From Isurus oxyrinchus (lineage: Eukaryota): 64,000 bases of DNA. Position 1 is the stretch's first letter. The number at the start of each line of letters is the position of its first letter. The stretch lies in the NCBI GenBank assembly GCA_026770705.1, contig JANJGN010000030.1:13206001-13270000 (forward strand), read 5' to 3'. The notes beneath the pieces were generated by a model. That model was not told where the DNA came from and did no database searches. It worked only from the letters and a program-made list of their open reading frames with translations. Of this stretch, positions 38,860 through 52,519 are shown in pieces. Both the position numbers and the translations under genes were made by a program.

Positions 38860-40010
38860 TACAAACATACAAATTAGGAGGAGGAGTAGGCCATTTGACC
38901 CTTTGAGTTTGCCCTGCCATTCAGTAAGGTGATGGCTGATTGTTGCTTCAACGCCAGCCACTTCCCTGCTTACCCCCGATGTCCTTTCACTCCTTTGTTA
39001 GTCATCTACCTCTGCCTTAAAAATATTCAATGACCCTGCCTCCACTTCTCTCAGAGCCAAGTGTCTGGAGAACTCTTCCCCAGAGAGCAAATATTTCTCC
39101 ACAGCTCCATCTTAAATGTGGGGGCCCCTTATTTTTAAACTGTGTCCCCTGGTTCTGGCCTCTGCCACAAGAGGAAACACCCTTTCAGCATTCACTCTGT
39201 CACGCCCCCTCAGGATCTTCTATGTTTCAATAAGATCACCTCTCATCCCTTTAAATTTCAATGTATACAGGCCCAGTCTGTCCAACCTTTCCTTATGAGA
39301 TAATCCTTTCATCCAGGAATTAGTCGAGTGAACCTTCTCTGAGCTGCTTATGATGCAGTTATGTGTTTTCTTAAATAAGGAGACCAAAACTGTATACAGT
39401 ACTCTAGATGTGGCCTCACTAATTCCTGTAACAAAACACCCCTACTTATTTATTCCATTCCCCTTGCAATAAACAACAACATTCCATTTGCTTTACTAAT
39501 AACTTGCTGCACCTGCCTACTAACTTTGTGATTCATGTACCAGGACACCTAGATCCCCCTGTACCTCTCTCCATTAAGATGATATGCATTTTTTTAATTC
39601 TTCCTGCCAAAGTGGACAGGTTCACAGTTTCCCACGTTAAATGCCATCTGCCAATTTTTGCCCACTCATTTAACCTATCTATAACCCTTGCAAACCCCTT
39701 ATGCCTCTTCACAACTTATTTTTCCTACCTATCTTAATTCAATCCCTTCATCCAGATGATTGATACAGATTGTTAAAAATTGAGGCCCCAGCACTGATCT
39801 GTGGCATTCCACTTGTTACATCTTGCCAACCTGACAGACCCATTTATGCCTACCCTGCGTTTCTTGTTAGCTTACCAGTCTTTTATCAATGCTAATATAT
39901 TACCCTCTACGCCATGAGTTCTTATTTTGTGTAGTAACCTTTTATGTGGCGCCTTGTCAAATGCCTTCTGGAAACCTAAGTACACCACATCCACAGACTC
40001 CCCTTTATCC
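38860..40010 (-). mobile_element. CR1 (HER1-like) LINE 3' half
   Basis: Tail taggaggaggagtaggccatttg; minus-strand RT remnants (LEYCIQFWSPYLRK; VYLGFQKAFDKAPH). Confidence 0.85.
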
Positions 40011-42329
40011 TTTACAGTTTTTTGCAGACACATTTTCTTTAAAAAGGGTTGTCTTTGGCTCTCCAGCTTTTGAATTGGAAATGCTCATAAAAACAAATAC
40101 TTAAAGATTTAAAATGCAAAAATATATTCCCATCTCATTACTTCGGAAATTTATGGTACGTCCTGGTTCAGAGACTGTACAATTTAAATAACCTTTTGGG
40201 AGTAATTTAATCTTTGGATGTCATTGACTTCACAGAACACTGCAAGTCAGCATTCATTTTCTTGTATATCCTGGGTGAGTTATATAAACATACCCAATTT
40301 ACAGTACAGCTACTTTGCATTAAAGCACAACAAACAGAATATTCCTTAAATCCACAATACCAACGAGTCTTTACAAGATCTAGCATGCAGTGGGTGGAGA
40401 AGAGATGTTAGTATTTATTGAATGTCAAGCATAAAAAGTGCTTGTACTTATAACCAACTGTGGCGGTAGTAGATGTAGTTGTCACTTTTATCGGTAGTTT
40501 TGCACTTTTATGTTATTAATCCTGAAAGAGCCATGAAATGTAATTTACTCATTCAGATGTCATTGGAACTTTGAGGGGATCTGACTCATTGTTGGTTGAT
40601 AAGCAATACCTGAATTTAATGTGGTTTTTGTGTAAAGGTTGGTGGTATGTGTTAATCTTGATCTAAAGAGTTTTTGTTTTCTGAAAACCGACCTTTAAAG
40701 CTGATTCTCAGCCACTGAAAACTGATTATTAAAAATTAGTCGCTCCCATCAAAATAATAGTTGAAAACATCCGTTCAACTTGGAGATGGCTTCCTTGGCC
40801 TTTTTTGAGGGAAGCGGAAGAAAGTAAAATAATTGATTCTGTTTGGCTCTAAGCTGGGAGAAAAATTGAGCTCTTAGGTTTCTTGAGTAATATTTCTATA
40901 CATACCAAATAAAGGCATTATCTACACTGCAAGGAAATTCAAGGAAATGCACTTTGGGGGCAATTGAGACACGTTAATAAATACAAATTCTGTAAGCGTT
41001 TCTATCTTTCAAACTTATGAAATGTTGTAATGCTTTCTGTTCTTGAGATGCATTGTATGTTTTTAAACTAATTTGCATCTGTTATAAATAAATATGTACC
41101 TCTTCATAAAAATGAGATTTTGGGAGTTTGGCAGTGGGAGGCAGTTGTGACTTCACTTTCTTTTTGTTGGTTTGCTTAGCTGTCTAATTTTATAAATTGT
41201 AATTCCATGTTAACCAGGGTCATTTGCCAAAAAAAATACATCATAGACCTATGAAATTTTTGTAAAGCCCAGAATGTTACAAACGGGCTTACTTTAATAA
41301 CCATATTTTTATCGGAACTGTAGGGATAGGATGGTGGTGAAACTGAAGACCTATCTTCTTTACCTTTTTGATGCTCATCAAGGAAACGAGATGACAGTAC
41401 TGTTGAATGGAACACTTTTCTTTGCACCCAAAGACAGCATTAGGTACTTCCAGGATAGCTGTAGTACATGTTAGGTAATAATTTAGTGATGCCCAGCCCA
41501 GTAATGTGCTTTCATGTTAGCTTATAAATAACAGCCACTACTGCACCAGCTCAAAACTACCATTTGCTCTTCTAAGCCCTTATGGCCTCCAGGAATCACA
41601 TTGCCCATTTCGTGCAAATCACGGTCTATGCTTCACCTGGATTTGACTTTGAATGTGACTGCCCAAGCTTGACTTCACTAGGAACCTTAACCATTATTTT
41701 CCCTCCATCTGCTTGGTGTAAATTTGGGTCCAGGTCTGGTTACTGAACCACAGAGTCCCCGGCTTATTGCCCCACTTGTATGAAAGGCAAAGGATATAAG
41801 GTAAAGAAATGCAATAATTTGTTTTGTATTATAGTCCCTCCCATCAAAATAAAAGAAAGTGTATTGAGTAGAGAAACAATGTTCAGAGAAGGTCAAGAAA
41901 TGAGTAAATTGAATTGTTAACAAAAGTGTAGGGCTTTAGTAGCCACTTGAAGATAGAATACATTTTTAAATTACGAAAATATTGCACAGTTTATTGTCCT
42001 GCAGATTGGCCAGCAACATAAACTGGTGGTATAGCTTCCAGTAATGAATGTATCTTGCCAAAACCCTAAACCAGAAGCATTTATCCTGTACGTTTGGTAC
42101 CCAATTTTAAGTGTTCACACCTAGAAAGCTGATGTGTTACGAATTACGCTCCCTTCAGCCTTCGCCATCTAGAACATGAGCATCTGATCAATCAGTGAAT
42201 GTGAGAAATGCTAAAATATAGATCAGAGTTCACAATGAATCTAAATTTTGTATGGTGGTGTAAATCCAAAGATTGTCTCTTGTAACTGAAAATTATTCTG
42301 GTTACTTTTTTTTGGATCCATCTTTGTAG

Positions 42330-42475
42330 ACGAAGTTGTGCCACGAAAAAGGTCCAAGTCTGAAGATGCGGAAAGCAGTATATCCAAGCGGTGTCGGTTT
42401 TCTGAAGATGAATATGAGGCTGCCTTAAAAGTGAAGATCACTGCCAGAGGGGAGATCCGCCAGACGCTGGAGAAG
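42330..42475 (+). CDS. ATF7IP: ATF7IP third coding exon (146 nt), with basic NLS-like segment and start of SETDB1-binding region
   Basis: (N)EVVPRKRSKSEDAESSISKRCRFSEDEYEAALKVKITARGEIRQTLEK, similar to mammalian RRKRSKSED...EYEAEFQVKITAKGDI. Acceptor tctttgtag, donor AAG/gtatgt. Confidence 0.95.
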
Positions 42476-43194
42476 GTATGTGACCTGGACTGTTGAATCA
42501 GTGGTTCAGTCTTCTGCCCATGTCATTTGGGAGAAGATCATTTTATCACGTTTCATCAAGGAGCAAGCTTAGTGATCTCAAATATATGAAAAAGTCTGCT
42601 TCTGAACTATTGGTTCTGCTGATTATTGGCTCTGTTGTTTTTGTACAGAGGAATTCAGTTAGTTTGCCTATTCAGTACATTTATAGTTTTTTTTTTTGTA
42701 AAGTTCTAAAATATTTTGTTTTTGGCATATTATTTGTAGACACGCTGATGTGACTCTTCCAGTAAGGATGCATTTCTTTTCATCTTTTCGCATCTTATTT
42801 TTTTTGACTGAAGCCTTTTACTGAACCCAGGTTTTTGTTGGTTTATTCCACACAGGAGCATTAGAGTTAATCCCATGTATCTACTCTATTCATATATCCC
42901 TATATCCCTTTATTCCCTTTCCTTCAAACAGCCATCTAAACTACTTTGCAGCAGAGACCATGTCAACATCAGATCAGTAACACTCATAGAGCATTCCATA
43001 GTCTCTCAGTCCTCTCTGACAATTTAAATTGTGCATCCTTACTTGTGATGAGTTTAAAAATTTACTGGCTTCGCTGATTGGGAACCATAAAAAAAAACAC
43101 TTGCCATACCTCATCCAATCTCGGTTGCCAGTATGCCAAAGGTTTCTTAATTCATGTAGCTGTTGTCCAGGTAAAGTATAAATTTGTAAAGTTT

Positions 43195-44461
43195 AACCAA
43201 GCATCATAATCTTGACAGTCCCCACAGTGCAATTATTTTCCTGCTCCAAGACTGCATGTTCAACAGTATCACCAACTGCTATTATGACATCCAAAGTGAC
43301 TGCGACAAAGGAAGGCTTTCCCTCCTCGTGCTTCTCCACCTGTCTGCACTGACTGCACCATACTCCTCCAAAAACCCTCCTCCGCTGTCCAACTGGTTGG
43401 ACCAACTCTTACCTGGTTCCATTCTTATCTATCTTATCGCACCCACAGTATTGCTTGCAATGGCTTCTCATTTGGCACTTGCTCGGTGTTACCTCTGGTG
43501 TCCCCCAAGGATCTATCCCTGGCCCCCTCCTACATCTCATCTATATGCTGCCCTGTGACGACATCAACTAAAACACAAGGTTGGTTCTCACATATATGCT
43601 GACAACACCACTATCTCACCACTAACGTCTCTCTCAACTTCTCCACTGTTGATAAATTATCAGACTGCTTATCTGACATCAGTTCTGGATGAGCAGAAGC
43701 ATTCTCCAATTAAGTATTAGGAAGATGGAAGACACTTTTGGTCTCCACTCCAAACTCTGTTCCTGAGCTACCGACTCCATCCCTTTCCCTGCAATAGTCA
43801 GAGATTAAACCAGCCTGGTTGCAAGCTTGGTGTCGTATTTAACCCCAAGTTGAGCTGTCCGACCACATTTGTGCCAGCACTAGGACCTTTGTATCTTCAC
43901 CCCTTCTGAACTCATCTGCTGTTGAATCCCTTCATTCGTGCCTTTGAACTTGACTATTCCAATGTATTCCTGGCTGGTCTCGTGCACTATACACGCCATA
44001 AACATGTCATTTAAAAACTGTTCTGAACTTGCACCAAGTCCTGTTTACCTATCACCCCTGTCCTCACTTGTCAAACAACGTTTGGATTTTTAAGTCCTCA
44101 TCCTTCCATGGCTTTGGCCCTCTCCATGTCTGTAATCTTCTTAAACCCCACAATCCTTTGAGATATTTACGCTCATCAAATTCTGACCTCTTGATCCATG
44201 ATTTTAATCACCCCACCGTTGGTGGCCACATCTTCAGTTGCCAAGGCACTAGGCTCTGGAATTCCTTCCATATACCTCTCTGCCTCTCCACCTTGCTTTC
44301 CTCCTTTTGAGGCACTCCTTAAAACCTACCTCTTTAACCAACCTTTTGGTCATCTGGCTTAATATCTCCTTTTGTGGTTTGGTGCCATGTTTTATATATG
44401 CTCCTGTGAAGCATCTTGGGGCGTTTTAATATGTTAAAGGCGCTAAATAAATAAAAATTGT
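43195..44461 (+). mobile_element. L2 LINE 3' half, degraded
   Basis: LSLLVLLHLSA, SGVPQGSI, HIYADN, LDYSNVFLAGL; tail ggcgctaaataaat. Confidence 0.85.
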
Positions 44462-44611
44462 GTAATCTGATGCATATTCTAGGGAAAACACTCCGCCTAC
44501 TAACTTTTATTGGAGAAAAGAGTTGGAAGGGAAGAAAAACAATCAATGTAGATCATTTGAAACTGAATAATGGAAAAAAAGTTTGTAGTAAGTAACTATT
44601 TTTTTATACAG

Positions 44612-44749
44612 ATTGTTCAACAGATTATTGAAGAACGCATCAGTTCCATGCAGAGTGGTGTTTTCGACAAGAAGCTGGCAGAGCTGAAAAACAGAGTAGA
44701 AAAGATTGAATGCAGCACGAGGCATGAATCTTTAATCAGTGGCTTACAG
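44612..44749 (+). CDS. ATF7IP: ATF7IP fourth coding exon (138 nt), SETDB1-binding coiled coil; GC donor
   Basis: IVQQIIEERISSMQSGVFDKKLAELKNRVEKIECSTRHESLISGLQ, similar to mammalian VFDKTLAELKTRVEKIECNKRH. Acceptor tttttatacag, donor CAG/gcaagt. Confidence 0.94.
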
Positions 44750-45529
44750 GCAAGTACTAGAATCTGTAGCTTTCTGCGATGTAGAGGGTAGAAATAATTT
44801 GGAAATTCTGGGCTGACACTGATGCAATTTTACATGCCCTGTGCATGAACAGCCAGAGCATGGTAATTTTTCAGAATTAGTTGAGTTTTTTCTGTAGTCC
44901 AAAATCCCAGATTAACATACAATAAAAGCTGACTTTGCCTCAACATGCACAGTTGAAAATAAGATGGTCTGCCATTGTCCAGTCAGCTAGAAAGATTGTC
45001 ACTGCTGAATAGTAATCATGTTTATTAACATGTAACTTTTGTTCCTACAAGAATTTATCACAAACAATGCAAACGCTGTAAATTTATGGCTCCCAACCTA
45101 ACTTTGAAGGATGTGGATTTGCAGCTGCCTTTGACCAAAAGAAGGAAGCAAGAGCAAATAAATGTGTGCCATATTTCTCTGCCTTTCATTAACTCGCATT
45201 GACAAAGACCTATTGGCAATTCAGGCTTGCTGCTTTACCATGTTGCTGTGTGAAGTACTTTCTTCAAGCAGAACTTGCTCTTTTAATGATCTTATCACAA
45301 AAATCCTGAAAGGTACAATGCAAAAAATATAATGACTAAAAACTATCAGTCATAAATTATTGATTTGAAATTTCTGCTTGTTTGCTTGATCTGTTGTGAT
45401 GGTCCCAGAATCAGACATGCACAGCAATTGCCTCCCAAACTATACATGATATCAACGATGAAAACACAAACCAAAAACGCTTGGCTATTTTTGAACGTTG
45501 CAGAAATCTTAACAGGCGCTATCTTAACT

Positions 45530-46093
45530 CTGCCACATGTCACCTGGAATATTGTGTGCAGTTTTGGTCATCTTATCTGAGGAAGGATGTTCTTGCTATA
45601 GAGGGAGTGCAGCAAAGGTTTACCAGACTGATTCCTGGGATGGCAGGACTGACACATGAGGAGCGATTAAGTCGGTTAGGATTATATTCGCTGGAGTTCA
45701 GAAGAATGAGGGGGGGATCTCATAGAAACCGATAAAATTCTAACAGGACTAGACAGGGTAGATATAGAAAGGATGTTCCCGATGGTGGGGAGTCCAGAAT
45801 CCGGGGTCACAGTCTGAGGATAAGGGGTAGACCATTTAGGACTGAGATGAGAATTTCTTCACCCAGAGAGTGGTGAGCCTGTGGAATTTACTACCACAGA
45901 AAGTAGTTGAGGCCAAAACATTGTATGTTTTCAAGAAGGAGTTAGATATAGCTCTTGGGGCGAAAGGGATCAACGGATATGGTGAGAATGCGGGAGCAGG
46001 CTATTGAGTTGGATGATCAGCCATGATCATAAGGAATGGTGGAGCAGGCTTGAAGGGCCGAATGGCCTACTTCTCCTATTTTCTATGTTTCTA
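45530..46093 (+). mobile_element. CR1 (HER1-like) LINE 3' end, well preserved
   Basis: HLEYCVQFWSSYLRKDVLAIEGVQQRFTRLIPGM...LGLYSLEFRRMRG; tail gaagggccgaatggcctact...ttctatgtttcta. Confidence 0.9.
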
Positions 46094-46685
46094 TATTTGT
46101 CTACTGCTATGTGTTATGATTCTAGTGTACAAATACCTGATATACCTTTGCACCAGATAGGTTCAAGTTTCATATTCATCAAATCACAATATACCAATCA
46201 GTAAAAAAACCTATCAGTAAGCAGGAATGAAAAATTGGCAGCTACCAATAAAATGAAAAAGCAAAAAAATTACATTACTCAGTATTGTCATACTCATTAT
46301 TGTCAAATGACTTGGCTCTTATGCTCACAGCAGTTGTAAAGGGCTCTAATACAAAATACTTTTTTTTTGCCTTACTTATCTTGTGATGGGGCTAAAGGCA
46401 AGTATGTTTTTATGAAACACAATTCACTGAAAATTTAATTTGTGGTAATCTCTGCCCATGGAGCAACCCATCATCTGACTTTCCCTGAGCAATGCCATAC
46501 TACGTCTAATATTTGAAATCATAGATTGAAAATAATTTAAATTTATTACACCATAAATACAGGGGAGTCCTAATGAATACCACTGCCTAGATGGGTTGAT
46601 GGGGTGTAGCATTATGTCCAGTAATATCAATGAAAGAGGTATTAAACATCAAACCCGTTAAATCTGCCACCTAATCAGTGTACAC

Positions 46686-48017
46686 TAGCGGTTCCCGTAC
46701 TTTTTTGGTTGTGTACCCTTATTCAGATTTACTGACTTGGTGCATACCCCTACACGCAGTTCCTTTTATGACCAGGCATTTTGTAACTCATTATAATTAC
46801 ACTTTATTATAAACATATATTTACCTGTAATAATGTTTTACTTGCCTTTAATGTGATGGATGAGCTTGTTTGTTGGAGCATAAGCACTTGAAAGTGGGAG
46901 AAATGGGTGACAATTTCGGTCACAAACTGTTTTCAACACATACGTTGATGGCTCTTAGATTTCGATCCATTGAATGCCAAAAATCATCTTTCATAAAGTT
47001 AAGTCATGATGACCCAAGTGCCCCTGCCCCAGTTCCCCCCATTCACTCAGACAGTCAGGAGCCCCTCTTCCAATGCACACACGTGCGCAGACTCTCGCTC
47101 AGCCCCTCTTCTCTTTTTCCTCCGCCACGGTGTTTGGTCTTGTTACCAGTGCCTGTGAAGCAATACCGCTAGCATGGGGTAAGGAGGTTGCTCAACAGAC
47201 AGAAGGAGCAGAAACATAAATAAAAGTAGATTTCCCTGTGGATAGTTCCACTCAGAAAGACAGTGATTTTGAAGTATTTGGATGTCCTTGTTCCCTCTGC
47301 CAGTTATTACTCTGTGCAGCAGCAACTGAGCCAAGCACTCCTTGTGTTTGTGAGACAGCTGCACCACGGTGATGGCTGCAGCCAGGCAGGCCATGGCCCC
47401 CCAGCAGTCCGCTGACCTGTGGGTCAAGCAGTTGTCTCTCCCACAATGTTTTGGCCACCAGCTGCTGCTCTCGCACCACCACTGCGCTGATGCTCAGACT
47501 ATTGTGCCACCACTCATCATCCTGGTTTTTTTTTCTGCACTCAGAGACTTGATTACACTTGCCTACCACTGCCTGTGCTAAATCGGTGCCCAGCATCCTG
47601 GGCCCGTTTGGCATTCTCTTTAAGTCTGTGGTTAAAGGGCAGCTCACGACCTCAGATGTATTCTCCAATCACAGATTTTTCTCTCTCCTGCACTCACTGC
47701 TGCTCCAATCACGGATTCCCTCTCTACCCGCTTGTTGCTCCCCCAATCACAACTGCATCTTTTTTCCACTCTTGACTAGAGAAACCTATGCTTTTGTTGC
47801 AGTTTATGTTTAGCCCCGCCCTCTGCTTGAGTTCGCTGCTGTGAATGGCCCACAGTTTGGGAACCCCTGGACGATAGCAAGGGGTGGCAGAGGTCACAAA
47901 CATTTCTCATCTCTGAAAATAGAACAAAATCCACCATTGCACAATTTCTATTAAGTACCCCCGAGGGACATCTGCTGTATCCCAAGGGGTATGAGTAACC
48001 CACTTTGGGATCCACTG
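46686..48017. mobile_element. Non-autonomous hAT (Charlie-like) DNA transposon
   Basis: Imperfect TIRs TAGCGGTTCCCGTAC and CTTTGGGATCCACTG; subterminal GTACCCC motifs at both ends; 8-bp flanks GTGTACAC/GCATACAT differ only by transitions. Confidence 0.6.
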
Positions 48018-48541
48018 GCATACATTGCTGCAATTGCCCTGTGTTCAATGTTTGATGACTAGTTTGCCTCTGCTCCCTATTGTGACTGATAACCTGATGA
48101 GCCAGTGAATGAGATGCAGTATCGTAAAGGATGTGTGCTTGTATATCAGAAAATGCAGCAGCTATTGAAAGTGTAGGTGGAGGAAAAAGAACTAACCAAC
48201 TTGCTTTCATTCATGCTCTCAGGAAACCCCAGTTAGTTACTTTTGAAGTGTAGTGTTCCCTAATATAGGAAGCATGACAGCAAATTTGCAATGACGTAAC
48301 GACCAAGTAATCCGTTTTGGTGATGTTGGTTACACTTGAAGCCTTTACCTCCCTTTTAGATGCTAACTATCCTGTGTGCATTTCCAACTTTACAACACTT
48401 ACAGTTCTTACTTTCAAGGCAACCTAACTTAATAACTATTATATCCAGAATCATACTTGACTGACCTGGGTGCATTGGGTCACTCTGGTATTATTTTATG
48501 ACTCAGTTTTTTTAAATTATTGTGTTTTGACTTTTCTGCAG

Positions 48542-48622
48542 GCAAAGCTCATGCAAATAGAGAAAAGGCTAGGCTCAGCAAATCAAGCTCGCAATGATTC
48601 TGCCTTGAAAAAAGCACAAGAG
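48542..48622 (+). CDS. ATF7IP: ATF7IP fifth coding exon (81 nt, phase 0-0)
   Basis: AKLMQIEKRLGSANQARNDSALKKAQE, similar to mammalian AKIARLTKRF...LKKRHE. Acceptor cttttctgcag, donor GAG/gtaggt. Confidence 0.9.
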
Positions 48623-51600
48623 GTAGGTATCAAATGGGACCATTGCTTAATTTGCCTTGGAAAAATAATGTGTTTGGGCCTTATTGCAGTGACCAAGTAG
48701 TATCTCAGTAGTGGCTCAGTACCCTTCTGGATGTATTGAGGGTTAACTTTGAACTTACAGTCATCTCTTTCTAAAAAAAAACTACCCTGCTTTTCTTATT
48801 GTGTATCAAGATCTTGGAATTAGTTCCTGCAAATCTATGTGATTCAAACAGTTGCATCAAGCATCTACATATTGTATGCACCCATACTCCTCTTCTGTAT
48901 GATTACAAATTAACTTTAATTACCTACTAACTCATACAGATCATTCCTTGGGAGAAACACAAATGTTTTCAATAAAAGAATAACCCTCACTGCAGCTTGA
49001 AACAACATATTCTGGCATGCGTGTACTTTCTGTTTGTAGAGCAGGAGAAAGGAATAGAAGTAAGGAATCTAAAATTGATCTAGCGATAATAAATGGAAAA
49101 GACTTATAATTTTAATTTGGAAGTTTTGCTTGACGGATGTAGCTTTATAAATTACTTTATAACCATTGTTTACCTTTTGGAACCTTAATGGGCCTTTGCA
49201 GATACCAATCTGGTGGAAATATTAATTTGTGAATGTGCAAGAAGTATCTTAAACTGTGGGATAAACTTCAAAGTACAAATTATAAAGTAGGGAGGTAAAC
49301 TATAAGTCAAAACTGTCATGGGTCTAAGCAGCCTCCATTTATGCATTAGCTGTTCTTTAGTCTTGGGGTCACCACTGTAGAGTCTGGAAAGTCCTCTTAG
49401 TAGACCAGATATTCAGTAGATGTATGGCATCCTCACTGCATCATCGCTACACAGAGGGCTATTTCTGAGTTTCCAGATGCGGCCATTTGCCTGCACCTCC
49501 GCCTGGTTAAACTTGCACCACAGGTGGCGTGGCAGTTTACAGCAATGCAATCTCTCCTCAGTGGATGCTGGAAGTAAACATGCATTGCAAACAGTATCAA
49601 CCATGTGTGAAATGCTGTTTGAGACATTTTAAGAGCATAAATATGTATGTAAAATTATTTCAGGATTGTTACAGCTTTAGCTTTACTCCTTTAGTACAAA
49701 TTGAGCTCAGGCTATTCTTAGCTGTTGCCCCATTTTCTGCATAATTAACTTATATTTTGCATATCATGTGTAGAAAAAAATGACAAAGTCGATGTCATTG
49801 TGTAGGAGCTGGTTGAGCTTACCCAGTAAATCTATACTTGGACAAAAACAAAGTTTCACTGAATATAATTGTTCCAGTAAAATAAGCTTATCATGTTTCT
49901 GCTCTCAGCCAAGAGAGGAACAAAGGCCAGAAGAGAAGCCCTGGTTTTCTCTGAGCACATAGCTGTGTTATTCCTGATGTAGAATTTATTAAACTCCTTT
50001 AGCCAACTATGCAAGGAATTAAAATTGGACAAAAGTCAGACCTCAAGTTTTCATCCACTGACCTGTGTCACCTGTCTTTGTAAAATTGCTGTTAATTTTC
50101 TCTCTTTCCTCTATTCATGGCTGCAAGAGAGGAAAGAGTTTTGTCGTTGCTGAAAATGTAGAAGTCCCTAGATTATTTTTATCAGTTGGTGCTGATGCAT
50201 CTGTTAAGTTGAGCCATTTTGCTTAAATATACAATAAAAGATGTGTTGATTTAGTTAACTTCCATCGGATCTCTTGCCTGGCAGAGGTTAATTAACAGTG
50301 ATGCACAAGCAAAGATTCAGTAGAATTTTATCAAGACTTTTTTTTCTATTTGGTGTATATGTGTGGCTGCTGAAGGGACCTAGTTTTCACGCTAGCATTT
50401 CAGTACAAACGATACAGTGGTGTCCTTGCATCGTGAATCACACTTTTACAATGAATTTGCAGGCAACAAACACTTCTGAGGGTTACCGACGACCATGTAA
50501 TACTGTCAGGATCCCAAACTTGTATTGCAGCTTGTAAGGTGCTTCTCTTCACTGTCCTCAGCATGCGTGGATATCCATGGTGATTTGTTTATTTCTTCAG
50601 GAACTATTGTTTCTGTGTTCTATAATATGTTAATGTACACGATTTAATAGTTGGCTATTTTACAAGTGCCCTTTTATTTTACACACTATTTCTGCAGCTG
50701 AGGCTTGCTTCTCATTTCAAATCGTCCAATCCCAACTGCTGCCTTTTAGCTTGCGTTCACATGAGTTAAAGGGGAGAATGTTATATAAGGACCAGTTCTC
50801 TGAGTTGTTCTACATTTCGTTTTGATGTGTTTCTAACTTGTGTTGGTCAGAATGCTGTAAAGTTTTATTGGCAACGTTGATTTACATTTCTGCTTGTGAC
50901 TGAAGGAGCTTTTGTGCAATTGAGACTTCAGTGCATTAGCTATCCTGCTGGTTTTGGGACGTGTCTAAATTCTGAATAGCTGCAGGCCGGCACAAAGGTT
51001 GAGTGTGAAGTGAACCATTTTTCAGAATGCAAAATGTTTCTTCCACAAGAGCGTATTTATTTTGATAATTTGATAACTAAAACATTCTCTCTTGACTAAA
51101 ACTTTATAAAAGAGAATGGGAAAATTATGATAAATGCCAAAATTGTGCATTCATTAAAATATTATCTATTAGTGGGATATAACCTGAAGTTCAGTGTTAA
51201 GTCAAACATTCTTAAAATCTTCAGACTTCTGTAACCTTGGTTTATTTTCACCCTCCTGGAGTTTGTCATTGCAGCTGTTTGCCTAACAATATCGAAATGT
51301 GTTCACGTAAAACTGTTGATAGCAAGGTAGTAAGGTAGCAGTGACTCCAGCTGGCTACTGCGTCCATGGAGAGAGAGAGAAATGGTAAGCCTGTTTTGGG
51401 TTTGACACCACGCCATGATAAATGCTCTGTTCATTGCACAAAAGTTAGGACGAGTAAGGCATTGCACCAGAGTTGAAGACCATTTTGTGTAGGAGATGCT
51501 GATTGGTATAAACTAAGAGAAATGCTAAGGGCTTTAAGAAGCTAGCAATAGCTGGCATTTAGACTAGATGGCTTATGGGGGGATATCAGATTTCATGGTC

Positions 51601-51911
51601 TACTGGTCTGCTTTTGTCGTGGAACATTGATTTGGTAATGTGCAAAACTGCTGTACTCATCTGAGATGCTAGGGACATTAACAACTCCTTAATCCTCAGC
51701 ACACAATGTCTGCTTGAATACTGGTCCAATTTGCTAGGGCAGACAAGCTAATTGGTCACTTTATGGTGTAAGGAGAAGCTAGATAAGTTCATGAGGGAGA
51801 AAGGAATAAAAGGATATGTTGATTGAAGGGGGTGAAATAAAAAGAGTGGGAGGAGGCTCATGTGGATATAGACCATTTGGACCAAATGACCTATTTCTGT
51901 GCTTTACAGCT

Positions 51912-52076
51912 AAGCAAATCTTGTGATGCTGGAAATCTGAAATAATAACAGAACATGCTGGAAAAACTCAGCAGGTCTGGTAGCATCTGTGGAGAGAGAA
52001 ACAGAATTAACACTTCCAGTCCAATATGACTCTTGTATGAATCATATTTTACTTGAAATGTTAATACTGTTTCTCT
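51912..52076. mobile_element. Penelope-terminus-derived repeat with partial inverted arm
   Basis: gatgctggaaatctgaaat...gctggaaaaactcagcaggtctgg, same family as 31851 and 59847. Preceded by a CR1 tail fragment (about 51760-51905). Confidence 0.65.
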
Positions 52077-52519
52077 ATACCTGCAATTATAGTACCAGGC
52101 ATGAGTGAATTGCTACATCAGATCTGTTACCTGAGATCTGCTGAATACATGTAGATGGTTATGGAACTTCATGGCATAGTCTTCAACTACTACTACAAAA
52201 TAATTTTGGCCCCCACAAATTTGCACAATTAAGGCATAGTTGTAATCTCTATTTAGGCTGTTTATAGTATTTTGTATGTTTTGCAGCTGTTGCAGTTTCT
52301 AGGATTAAGAATGGGGTAAATAAAACATTTTGATAACTTGCTTTGCTGCAGACCAACAGTTGAGGCTTTCACCTTTTTTAGAATTGCAGCAATGCTTTGG
52401 CTAGTGACCTAGAGAATTCTAATCTACTGCAGCATAACTGTAATTCTAACATTCCTGCTGTTAGTTCTGAAGGTATTAATGCTCCTAATAGTGCCCTCAA
52501 CAATAACATGAGAGTTACT

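Noticed and set aside
46870-48210. Cluster of overlapping ORFs on both strands
   Set aside because: GC-richer interior of the hAT-like element with no transposase motifs.
49380-49650. Ancient SINE-derived conserved element (also about 34580-35020 and 41330-41770)
   Set aside because: The resemblance to old SINE families is too faint to assign without a profile search.
50463-50533. Possible next canonical ATF7IP exon (ATNTSEGYRRPCNTVRIPNLYCS)
   Set aside because: Weak polypyrimidine tract and donor, and no recognisable similarity to ATF7IP; cannot be supported without RNA data.
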